Source: Moniliella sp. 'wahieum' (Eukaryota). From it: a stretch of DNA of 64,000 nucleotides. The stretch spans positions 558,001 to 622,000 of the forward strand of contig RSEE01000036.1 of assembly GCA_003971905.1 (NCBI GenBank), read 5' to 3'. A program made the translations under genes and the position numbers. The notes beneath the pieces are model-generated. The model had not been told where the DNA came from. It saw only the letters and a list, made by a program, of their open reading frames with translations, and did no database searches. Below, in pieces: positions 47,874-59,745 of this stretch (its first letter is position 1; the number at the start of each line of letters is the position of its first letter).

Positions 47874-50800
47874 GGCGAGGGCGAGGGCGAGGGTGCTGGC
47901 GAGGGCGACGGAGAGCAGGGGGAGACCGGTGCGGGGAGGGGCCGCTGGGGCGGAGTACGTCAGCTGGCGGCGGCATCAGCAGTACTGAGTACGGCAAAGC
48001 CCAAACGCGCATATAACACGCCGCAGCCAAAGTGGCGGCGGCCCGTGCACACTTTAAAAGTTGCATCCCCAGACGCGATGCCCCCCACACCCGCTCGGTG
48101 AGAATATATACGGCGGCTCAACGTAACTATCCTGGTGTGCCCATGAGGCTCGCTTCAATTGGTCCACATCCATCCAGTATCCACTGCCACCCTCCTAGTC
48201 TAGACCCTCGCCAGCGGGCAAACCCATTTCTCCTACTGTCGTTCCGACAGACCCCCGACTTCGCGCAATCGGGCAATAGTGTATACTGGCGGTTCTTTGT
48301 TGGTAGTAGTACTACTAGCATACGTGTGTAACTCCGCTCGAAACTTCAAAGGGCCGTGCTCTTGCCTTGTTCCCGCCACTAGACGGACACACCCTATAGC
48401 AGCTCCAGCCCAGACTCGACCGCCGACCACAGGATTCCCTCCAAACATCATGCATGGGGGAGGGACCTAGTATACATTGCAAAAAGGGCTGGGAGCCCAC
48501 CTCGTCATGTCGAGATCTCATCGATCACACCCGCCTAGTCACATGTTTAAAGTCACCCATGGTCACCAGGTTGGCTGGACCCTGATCTATTCTAGACCCT
48601 GTTTTCCCTTTGTCGATGCTCCCCTTTCTTTCTCCGTGTGGCTCAGCTCGCATATGCAATGTTCTCTTCTTCTCCGAACTACATATACCTCGCCACCTTT
48701 TCCCCCTCATGATTATGATCCTGATCCGTTCCTCCATCCATCTCCATCTCCATCTCCTCAGGCCACGTTAGGAACCCAAACAGGTGCAGCTGTGCATAAA
48801 GACACGGCTGGGCACCATTTCGTCCACTGGAATCCCACTGTGCAACACGCCACGTATATTAGTAGTGTACGCAGAAGGGAACTCACCTTGATATAGGAGA
48901 AGAAAGAAAGAGAGGTTGAGTTACCAACAAGAATCAGCGGGTCCTAAGCTCGACTCACGGTAGTTACGCGGCTATTGGGCTGATTGATGTGTCCGAGCGG
49001 AGCTTGGGACAATGAACGAGTTATCGGCGTACAGCATAGGCGCTGGCAGGTGTGGAAAGGCTGCGTAGCGCCGGCTTGGGTGGCCGGACGTGTCTGAAGC
49101 CTTCAGGGCTCAGGGACGGGAAGTGACATCGGCCGGGGGACAAACACTGCCAGAGCTGAAGCTGGGCTGGGATTGGAGGCGGCGTGGCTGGAAGGGGGGA
49201 GGCCGACCCGGCGAGTGGATTTGGTTTTGACGTGGCGTGAGGAGGGCACACATGCGACGTGGTAGACTGAGAGGGTGTGAGAGCGGGATCCGGGAGCTGG
49301 AGGGTGGTGAGATCGAGGAGCGGAGGAGCAACCAAGGTAGGAGAAGTTGCCTGTACTGGGTTGATCAATTGGCGAGGACAGTAGGAGGCGACCCCACTTG
49401 ACTGTGGAGGAAACCTACCAGAACTATTTCTTCGAGACAGGGACTATCTGATAGGGAAACACACAATAGAAGAGAACGGGGGCCAGTGGACAACATGACG
49501 GCCGGTTTCTGCACGGTCTCGAGATAGAAAGGCAAAGTAAACGGGCACCGGGAAACATCGTCGTCACAAAGAAGGATAGAGCACACGGCCTCAGCAGAGA
49601 TCGGATCAGATCGCATGAACACCCTCGGGCCGGGGTTAGTAAGGCGAAGGGAGCGCGTAGGCTTAGCCGGACTTGTTGCTAGCTCGTATTCGCCGTGACA
49701 ATAACATGTTCCTGTTCACCAGGCGAATCCTCACGCTTATAAAGGACCTGCTTCCCTCGCCTAACAGCGGAAGAGGGGGTGAAGGAGTGTACGCTTCCCC
49801 CTGCACACATATCTCGTTCCCACGGTACAGCCATCGAGAGGTACACTCTTTTCTTATTCGGTCTTTGGGAATATACTATCGACGTCGGGCCCATGCCTGC
49901 GCCGATCAAACTGGCAGCTAGCGCTGGATACTTTGCATGCCCCACCTTCCTTCTCGGTTGTTAGGCATGCTATCCAAAGGGGGGTTCTTGCTCGCCCGCC
50001 CCGTCTTCCTTCGTTCACCGGGGTGCAAGCTAACGCCAGCTTAAGTGCAGGGAACAGGAAGGAGTAGAGGCGTTGTTGACCCTCCGGCCAGTGCTCGCCT
50101 CAGATTATGCTCGACACCTGACTGACCTGATACGCATCTGCTAGCGCGCTGCGCGAGACGACCAGGATCGCCGGATCCATGGATGGGCCTGCACAGGAGG
50201 AAGATATGGCGGACGAGGATGATCGTGCGGACGAAAACGGCCACCTTGGGTTGCAATTCAACTCGGTAAGCTCATCATATAGAACTAGGGGACCACCGGG
50301 CTTACGGCCTGGTCTGCGTACCCTTGTGATGCTTTTACGGTCCGTGTGTATTGAAGGTCTGGGGCTTCACCCCACAGCCTTCCTCCGTGTTGGTTGCGAA
50401 CACTCCCGGCTATCTTTTCCCCCTGGTCCACCGTTCCGTCCATAGGCCTCTTTTCCTACTCATCCCCGCGGCCCATCCGTCCATCGTCAACAGAGACTCC
50501 AGCATGCGACACGGGTTAACATTCCATCGTATGCAGTGTGGCGTAGCACGCCGTTCCGTTGTCAGTAGCAGGAAAGCACGGGAGTTGGTCCATGGCCCAG
50601 CGTGATGTGGTAACCGTAAGGTAGGAAGCGTTCTGTTTGCCACCGTTTGACTGCGCAAGCTGGCGTGGATTGGGTGGAGCTGCCGCTTAGTCACAGATTC
50701 GTCGCAGACGGGTGATGCGATGAGCGAGTGATGGCGTGTGGGCTGGTGCGGCGGACGACCCAGGGATGCTGGTTCAAATTTGTGCGCGGTGGGTTTGAAA

Positions 50801-51036
50801 GTTGCAGCAGCGATAATGTTGGAGTGAACGCAGGGAAGAGGGCACGCATTGGCGGTTGCCACCATCGGCTTCTGCCGTCGTCTGCTCCATACTCGGACGC
50901 GGTTTGTAGCACGCAGGACACGCTACTCGGTACACACCACTTCCTACGCACTATTCTCCACACACTAGCCACTACTCCCTCCCTCCGCCCTACTCCCTCC
51001 TCCCTCCTCCCACCGCTTGCCTGTGCCTCCTCCGCC

Positions 51037-54000
51037 ATGTGGCCGCCGCTGCCCACCACGTCCGACGCTGCGCTGCCCATCCCTCCTTGGCCCGCCGACC
51101 AGCTGGACGCCTTCCCCCTGCGCCCGCTGCCGCGCCTCCTTCCCTGCCCCCACCCCCTTCGACCTCCTCGCTGCCCCTCTCCCACCCCGCGCCCGCCTCC
51201 GCCCCCGCACCGCCCCTTGCGCCCTCTGCCCTGCCCCCCCCATCCCACACACCTCCCCGCACATGCCCCCATCCGCATCCGCATCCGCATCCGCACCGCC
51301 GCCATCTTCGTCTTCCCCCCCCCACCACCCGCACAACCGCCCCTTCCCTATGTCCAGCCGCCGATCCACAACGACCCCTATGCCGTGTTCCCGCCTCCTC
51401 CCACCAGCACCTCGTCCACTGTCTATCCCGCTAGCCACCCAGCCCCACCCCGCGCCCCACACCCACACCCCTCTTCCCCCCCGCCCCCGCCCCCACCCAC
51501 CACCCCGAACCCTCCCCTCTGCCCTCGGCGCTGACGGCATCGGTCCAGTCGCACCCGCCGCGCTCCTCCTCCTCCTCCTCGCACCAGCACCCTACCGCCC
51601 ACGAGCCACAATGGAGCAGCTCGTTCGCCTCCCCCTTCCTGCTTTCCCAGATGCATGTCCCACCGCACCCCCCTGCTTCCGCCCTCCACGCCTGGCCACA
51701 CGCCTGGGACGCCCCTCCCGCCTTGCAGCAGCATCCCACCGACACGGCTGCCGCAAGTTTTCTCTCCTCTCCTGCGCCCGCCATCCCCCCTCCCCCGTCC
51801 AGTGATCCGAACCAAGTTCACCCATCCCCCTTGGGGCCTGACCCGCTCATCCGTTCCCCCGGCGCAGTCAAGGCGGTGCGCGGGAGCAAGCTCAAGAGCC
51901 GGACGGGCCGCAGGCAGAATTCAGCGTGCGATGCGTGCCGGGCGAGTAAGAAAGGGTGCGACCTGCAGGTCAATGTGACGTACAATGACATTGGCGTGAC
52001 AGTCAAGCCATTGATCAAGTGTTCCACCTGTCGGCGACGTGGCATTGAGTGCACCACCCATGAGGTCCATCTCATCAAGTCTGCCAACGGCCACTTTCGA
52101 CCCCATGGCGCGCTCTCTGCCACCGCCCAAGCCCGCCTCGCCGCCCTCTCCTCGTCCTTGTCCGTTGACATGGGTACCGCCTCGCCGTCGGTCCCCATTC
52201 CGGACCCGGTACGTCTGTCAAGTCGGCGCGCTGCTGGCTTTCCCCGTGCCCCGCCAGGCGGATGGACGGGGACGGGCAGCGGGTTGGGGTCTGGGTACGC
52301 ATCGGAGGCTATGCCGAGCGTGCTGCTCGACCCTGAACCCTCCGCAGGCAGGTTGATCAAGGCGGAAGAAGGGGAGGAGGAGCAAGGGACTACCCGCGTG
52401 CTCTCTCAACAGGACGAATGGGATGCACGGCGGCCGTCCGTATCGTTATTTGAACAGCTCGAGGCTCTGTCTTCCATCCCCGGTACCTCGCGCACCATTG
52501 CTTCCATCAACCAGAGCAGCATGTCTGCCACTCTCATCAGCCGTACCCTTTCACTCTACTCGTCCATCATGGAGGCCCAATGACTCTCTGGCTGTCACAT
52601 GAACTCTCCTCTGCCACGCCAGTGTTTTCGGTGGACGAGATCCAGCGCCGGTTGCTTATCGCAGGCCCCAGCATCCCCAGTCAAGCTTCTTCCTCGCCTC
52701 GGTCCGAAGGGACCGGATCCAGCGCGTCAACACGAGACGCCCATGACGATGGCTTGGCACCCAACAGCGTACGTCGGCTCCTTGACATTCTCAAGGACGC
52801 CCGGCTAGTTGGGCAGAGTGGACGAGCTCAGGCAGCAGCCTGGGCATTGGCTTGGCTGACGCTGAGGGCACCGACAGTTCCACCCCAGGCGCGACCCCCA
52901 ACTTGGTTTTTGTTGCTACCTTGCTCGATGCAGCATTTGAGACGGATCTGGATCCCCCCAAACAGGACGCAACATCTCGAGCACTTGGGCCCAGCGGGCC
53001 CGGTGGCGAACATGGGTACGTTGGCGCATTTTTCTTGTTGTTGTTGTTGTTGTTGTCATGTTGAGAAGTGAGTGGACCAGGTACTGACACAGCACTGTGG
53101 ACGCAGAACGAGATTAACGAGGCGGTCAAGGCGTGTTGACTGCGTTTGGAACACAGTACTTGACCAGTGCCACCATGCCTTCTCCGGGCCTTGCCCCGTT
53201 GCACCTCCTTGCTCAGCGCGCCACCTGGAAGCGGGCCAGGGACCTACTCGCTCTCTCGTTTCCGCCCCCTCGTTCCGCGTGGCCTTTGCCCTGATGCTCT
53301 TCTCGTCCATTCCTCCCCCCTTTAATGCGAGTGTGGCCAGCCGTGCCAAGGAGGCCGGCTCGGAGCCTACCGCTGCGCCGGCCGCCACGAGGCGGAAGAG
53401 GACGAGTACCTGTCCGACCGAGCAGCACAAGATTGTCGTTTTGCCGCGGACCGCGGAGTGAAACTGATGGAGCAACTGGTGGTTCGCGCGCGCAAGTTGT
53501 GTTTGTTTGGCCCCTGTCGTCCGGGCCGGGCGCCGGCGCGGGTAGCACACCTTGGTCCCCCACCCGCGCGCCTGCTCGCTTCCCCGCCACGCAGACCAAG
53601 GCAGGCCTGCCGTCCAGCTTGACCCTACCCTGCTTGGCTTGCTGGAAGCCATGTCCTTCTTCACGTTGATTCTCGATTCGGGATTTGCCATGTCGCATCG
53701 CGAACAACCGTTCATGTCTATGGCCTTTGCCGAGCAGTGCATCAACCTCGCTGCGCGCCACCAGGGCCTCCAACACTTTAACACCCATGCGCCCCAGATT
53801 GGATTTGTCCAGTCCGCCACATCCAGCAGCGCTTCCTTGGTCCAAGAGTTGAACCAAGAGCTGGCCGGACTGGGCGCGCACCACCCCAGTTCTCATCCCG
53901 ATCACCTGCTGCGACTACTGGTACTGGTTCTGGTACTGGCACTGGCACTGGCACTGGTACTGGTACTGGTGCTGCTGCTGCTACCACGGCTGCCGCTTCC

Positions 54001-55085
54001 TTCTTTCTGCCGATGGACGAGCAAGGGAAGCGGACCGAGGCCTCGGTCGCGCTTGCCCGCGCCAAGGCGGTGGCGCTGGCGGGCGGGGACGACTTGATGC
54101 AGAGTTTGCATTGGGCCAATGCGCTCAAGATTTACCTGTGGCGGCAAGTGTCGGTGTTGCAAGAGCTGGTGCACTCGGACACGGCGCCGCCAGCGATGGT
54201 TCGCACCGCGGCCGCGTTGGCAGTGGACATTGTTCGTCGTCACTTTAGCACGTTTGGCCAGCTGGTGCAAGCGTCCATCGGCGCGTTTCCGTTGCTGGAC
54301 GAGGACATTCAGATGATGCTCTACTACCTCGTGCTCCATTCCACCTTGGGCACCTTCCATCTGATCGATGTGCTGGATGCCATGCCGGCCGTCCGGCCAG
54401 CCGAGGATTGGTCCGGATTACCACGCCGTCCGAGCGGAGGATGACGATTGATATGAGCACGGACTGGTGGCGATGATCGCGCTGGCCATGCGGCGCGCCG
54501 GACGTCACCGGCGCTCGACCACTGGCAGCCCACGCAGCGCCGCTGCCACCTCCCTATCCACGTCCACCTCCACGGCCACGTCTAATTCCAATCCATTCCA
54601 CGCCCACGTTTACCCCGGCCTCCACCGCCACCGCCACCGCCACCTCCACCTCTACCTCGAGCTCCACCCCGCACTTTATCCCGTCGGAAGCGCCCAGCAT
54701 CTGGAACCATCCGATGCTGTTTACCGCCTTTGACGCGTTCCTCAGCGCCTCCGTCTTCTCTGCCCGCGTCTGGGCCGAGCAGCTGTCGGTCCCGTGCCAG
54801 CTGCTGCACCAGCCGGGCTCGCACACTGCTGCCACCTCGCCGCCGAGCGCCGTGCGCCGACCGCGCCGGCGCGGCTGCGGGTGCAGCGGCAGGAGGCGGA
54901 GGCGACGCGCGCGGCTGGTGGTGTGTGCGAGTGCGCTGGGCGAGCTGACGCACCACGTGCCGTCGCTCTTGTCGTGGCGCAACGCCCAGCGCGCCGCCGC
55001 CGTCCAGGCCGAGCTGCTGCGCCTCGACGCCCTCTGGGCCGCTGTCCGCGCCGGCGAAGAGCAGGGCGGCGGGGAGGGCGAATGA
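51037..55085 (+). CDS. Zn(II)2Cys6 binuclear-cluster transcription factor; frameshifted, at least one intron starting at about 53016
   Basis: RRQNSACDACRASKKGCDLQVNVTYNDIGVTVKPLIKCSTCRRRGIECT (~51908-52055), a Pro-rich N-terminus and a long helical C-terminal region. Confidence 0.85.
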
Positions 55086-55370
55086 ACAACCAGTGCATCG
55101 GCCGTGCGTGTGCTGTGTAGCCTCCCCCTCCTGGGACGCGCGAGGCCCAGTGCGGGGGGCATTATGTAAGCACACTAGGGTTATGCGCGCACGAGGCGAG
55201 TGTGGGGCGGCAGGCGCGTCGCGAGCCGCACCCGCAGCCCTTAGGCTGAGGCCTTATCCCATCGCCCGCCTGCGCCCTTGCAAATTGCACCACTGCACGT
55301 GTCGCCGCCCCCCCCATCCCCCGCCCGCCCCCCACCACCCTCGCCCCCGCCCCCGCCACCGCCCGCAGCC

Positions 55371-57243
55371 ATGCCGCCGCGCAAACGCCCTGCCACCTCC
55401 ACCCGCCGCACCCGCACCCCGGCCGCGCTTCCGCTGCCGCCGCCGCCGACCCCGACCTGCCCCTGCCCCCGCCCGATCCACCCGCTCCCGCTCCCGCAGC
55501 GTCAGCGTCCTCTCCGACAACGCCAGCGAAGCGTCCCACGCGTCCCGTGCTTCCGCGCCCAAGCCGCGCACGCCAAGCCTCGCACCCCACGGCCTACCCG
55601 TGCCTCTACGCGTGTTTCCGCGTCGGCAGCCGCATCGACCCCGCTGCCGGCCCCGGCACCCGAGACCAAACCCAAGACCCCGCGCTCGACGCGCTCGACG
55701 CGTTCCACGCGGTCCACGCGCTCCACTCGCACTCGCACTCGCGCTTCTGCCAATCGCTCTCCACCCCCGAGGATCGCGACGCGACCCCGACCCCTGCCTC
55801 TCCCTTGCTGGGGGCCGCATCGCAGGCAGAGGAAGAGCCCAAACCTCAACTCAACCCGGAACCGGAGCCGGAACCGGAACTTGAGGCTGACCTTGCGCCT
55901 GCGTCCCATTCCGACGCGCAGGTCGATCAGCCTTCACGGTATCCTCCGCTTCCTAGTGAGCGCAACCCCCTTCTGCCACCGGGACCGGTCCAGGTCAAGC
56001 TGCAGGTGATCCAACGAGAGGTGCCGTCGCCCGATGGCGATGTGGAGTTGAAGGAGATTGTGATTGGCCGTGTCAAGTTGCCAATGGTCAATGGGTCAAC
56101 GCATGGATTTTTGCTCAAACGCTTCGACACGGATGCGCTCGCAGCGGCGTCCATGTTTAAGATTGCCTTTCCTTATGCCACGCCGGAGGAAGAGGCGTCC
56201 GAGATGGCCCACCTCCTTCGCTCGTACGACTGCCACCGGCCAATGGCGGGCGTGTGGAGCAACCGCGCCCCGACAACACCATCCACTACGTCCTCCCACC
56301 CGGCTCGAGCGGAGTGATGCTCCAAGGCGTCTGGGTGCCTTCGAGTGATGCCCAGCAGTTGGCAGAGGAGTATGGTCTGGCGCGCTACACCCTCGCCCTT
56401 GTTACGGCCCGCGCAGCCATCGTTGATGGCAAGCCCTACTTTTTGGATTCCGATGGCCGTCCGTGCGCGGCCGCGAGCGGCGCCAAACTCGGCTCCAAGG
56501 AACGTAACTTTCTCTGGACCAACCTTGAAACGGAGCGCGAGGCACGCGAGCTCAAGGCCCGTGCGGCCCAGGAACGCATGTTGCTCGAGGCAGAGGCGAC
56601 CGGGGTAGAACAAGAGGAGATTTGACTGAAGCAGAAGAGGAAGACCAAGGAGCCGCGCGAGGCGGCAAGCGCTCCCGTCCTACCCACCTTGGCGGCACTG
56701 GGCACGACGAGGAGCATGTGCTCGTTGCCGACCACGAGGCAGCTCGGGAAGCGGCACGCCAGGAGGCCATGGCCATCCAGGCTGACGCTGCCTCCACGAG
56801 CACGAGCACGGGCAAGGCCAAGACCAACTCCAAGGCCAAGTCCAGGGCCAAGCGCCGGGCAGCGGAACCGGCGGAAGACCCGTCGGAGCAAGAGGAGGAA
56901 CCGCAACCGCGGCCCGTGACCCGGGCCCAAAAGGAGGCCCAGCGGGTTAGGAAGGAAGCGGCAGCCCGCTTGGCCGCCAAGTCCGCACCCCAGCACCCCG
57001 TGGCAGGGTCCGAGACGGCTGTGGTGCCCGCTCCGCGTAGGCTGGCTGGCACGGCGCGGGTGCGTGCGCTGCTGCGGCAACACCCGGTCGCTTCGGCTGC
57101 CGGCGTGGCTGGGTTGGGTGTGGCCGCCACGGCGGCGGCCACGGCCGCTGCCTGCGTCCGGCTTCATCCCCCCGGACCAATGGGCGGCGGCGATCACTGC
57201 GGTGCAAGCGGGCGTGGCCAACCTGCAGCACTGGTTTGCTTGA
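55371..57243 (+). CDS. APSES/KilA-N-domain inner-nuclear-membrane protein, Bqt4-like
   Basis: MPPRKRP (NLS-like start), IGRVKLP...GFLLKRFDTDALAAASMFKIAFPYATPEEEASEM...LQGVWVPSSDAQQLAEEYGL, and a C-terminal hydrophobic segment ASAAGVAGLGVAATAAATAAA, ending LQHWFA*. Confidence 0.8.
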
Positions 57244-58161
57244 CCCGCAACGGTTGCTTCCGGAGATGGGCCTTGTGCGCAAGCCTGTCCCTGGGCGTGG
57301 AGGGGACTGTATTCTACTTTGGCTGTCTTCTTTGCCCTCTTCCCTCTTCCCTCTTCCCGTGCACTGTACTGCTGCTGTCTTTCCGTCTTTCCTGCTCGCG
57401 TCGAGATTTGTCTGGCCTGTTCCGTTCGGACTTGATCTTCCCCGACACCCTCTCCCGCACCAACGGGAGGGTTTTTTTGGTGGGAGAGAGGGGGACGTGT
57501 TTGTAACCTGTATTTCGTCCGCTTGATTCTATTGATGTGTTCAACTCAACGTTGAACGTTCACCCTCGTTGGTTGCCTGACCCCACCCCTACGTAAGGTC
57601 TCTGCCCTCTACCTCAGTATTAACGCCCAGGAAGAGCTCAAAGAGCAGCAAATGGGAATGGTGGTCGATGGAGATCAAATTGCTAAGGCGGTGGCGAATC
57701 CAAGTCATCATGGAGTCGGAAACGCCACGTCAGAAAACATCACACGCGCATCACACATGATGTCACTTGGAAGTGACCTTGGCCATAAATGACCAGAGGT
57801 CAACACTCAGTCAGACGTTTCTCCTCCCCCTGTAGCAGTCCTTGCTTGCTCACCAGTGAGGGTCACTCCCCTTGGCACGGTTAGTCGGCCTCGAGCGACT
57901 CTGGAAGCGTAGCTGCATTGGTCTGCGCCATGCCTCCTACTTCGCGTGGCCTGCGCCATGCCCTCTACTTCCTGTGGCCTGCACGTCTCAACCACATTGC
58001 CATGGCTGTATACCAGTTGCGAACAATTTTGGGTTAGCACTACTACGTGATGAGGGTAGTCGTGGTGCTCAGCGAAAGGGCACGGGGGGGGGGGGGCAGG
58101 GATTCGGCCTGGATGGTGGATGATTGTATTACGAAATGTACAGAAGATGGCAGGGGCTGGA

Positions 58162-59564
58162 TCAGTCGACAGGCATGTCCTCCGCCAGACCTGCTTGTAC
58201 GAACAACTGTCGTTGCTGCGCCAGTCGGTCAATGGTAGCGGAAGGAAAGACGGAGCGACACGTGTCGCATTGCTTTTTGGGGTGACAAAGATGCTGAGGC
58301 AAACCGAGCAAACGTAGCCCACCGACACGGTCTGGTGATGACAAAAACACGCAGCGCGAAAATCAACAGCGTCCGAGCCGGGGGTGCGAAGCAATGCCGC
58401 GCCCGCTCCCGAGCTGCCACCGCCAGGCTCACCAGGCCGGACGAGAGAGGCGGACGAGGTGGCGGCGCTGCCACCGGGTAATGGTAAAAATGCAGAGAAG
58501 AGAACTTGGACCAAGCCACCCGTGCCCGTAGGCGTAGTGGGATCAACTTTGCGTCGCTTGGGCGCCTTTTCTTCTGCCTCCTTCGACCCCGAAGGAAGAG
58601 CAAGCACGCCAAACCTTCCGCCGAGCGGGCCAGATCAACACGAAGATAGATGCCCCCCGTGAGGTAGGACGCTTGTTGGAGAAAGACCGAGTCGGGCCCA
58701 TGTAGCTTGAGCACGAGATGGGCACGCTTTTTTGCGCGGCAAAAACAGTTCATCATGGCCACATATTGTTCGGACGTATCGCCGGTAACGGATAAGATGA
58801 GCAACTTGGGTCGGAAGCCGGCCCGGCCCGAGGCTCCCGACCCATTGGCGCCGGTTCCAGCCGAGGAGGTGGCCGCCGCACCCACTTTCCCCCCGAGGTG
58901 GAGGTGGGATCGGCGGCGCCCAAGCGATTGATCAGGCAGAGCGACTGCGACAGGGCACGGACCAGCCCCGTTTGGCGATGTTGCGACGTAGTGTTGTCAG
59001 CGGGCTCGGCAGGCGCCGATGCGAAGGCCTTGACGGCGTGACGGATGAGACGGCGGACACCAAAAAGACTTGCGAGTCGAGTGTGGTAAAGTCTTGGAAG
59101 GTGTTGGCATCCGGACGAGCTCGTTCCCGCCGCTCCTGGCCCGACCGGTCCTGGTCCAGGTCCTCGTCGCTGTCCCCGGCCTCATCGGCGCCCTGCCCGC
59201 CTGCCCCGGCACCCAACCCACCCGCCGTCGAGTAGAGCAAGCGCGCCTCGGACCCCACCGATCCATACACGGCCACCGCATTGTCGCTCTGCATGGCGAC
59301 ATGCGCATTGAGGAACACAAGCACGTCCGCCAGCGCCTGCTCCAACGCATCCGCCGCACTCTCCCCGGAAGCGGTCGCGACGGAAGCGGCGGTGGCTGTG
59401 CGCGTGTGCGCGACAGAGGACCAGCCCAGCAGGCTGCAGTCAATCACAACTACAAGCAGGTCGGGCACATGGCGCCGCAAGCCCGTGCCGGCAGCACTGG
59501 GGACCGGCGCAGACGCAGCCCCGCCACCGCCACCTCCGTCGGCCCGCAGCTCGTTGGTGGACAT
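58162..59564 (-). CDS. TFB4: TFIIH subunit Tfb4/p34
   Basis: DLLVVVID, LADVLVFLNAHVAMQSDNAVAVY, KLLILSVTGDTSEQYVAMMNC, DSVFLQQASYLTGGIY, VDFRAACFCH..VSVGYVCSVCLSIF...CDTC zinc finger. Confidence 0.95.
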
Positions 59565-59745
59565 GGTGGTGGTGGAGCCCACTCGGCCTTGCCCAGCCCC
59601 GCCAGCCTAAGATGTCGGCCGCAGATCCGGGGGGGGGGGGGGGGGGGCGGCGGAATGGGGTTAAATAGCGAGTCACTTCCGCCGCTGAGAACGGGGCCAC
59701 TCGGTTGGGCAGCGGCGTGCCCTCTGGTGCGCTCCGGGCGGAACC
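59565..59745. promoter_or_regulatory. 181-bp bidirectional promoter between TFB4 and TFA1, with a G19 tract and TTAAATA
   Basis: Divergent ATGs at 59564 (-) and 59746 (+); G run at 59629-59647; TTAAATA at 59661-59667. Confidence 0.7.

Noticed and set aside
53918..53970. (GGTACT/GGCACT)n repeat
   Set aside because: An ordinary low-complexity coding repeat inside the Zn2Cys6 gene.
57553..57562. Heat-shock element (TGAACGTTCA)
   Set aside because: Only two nGAAn units, located between convergent gene ends; better explained as part of the heptad element.
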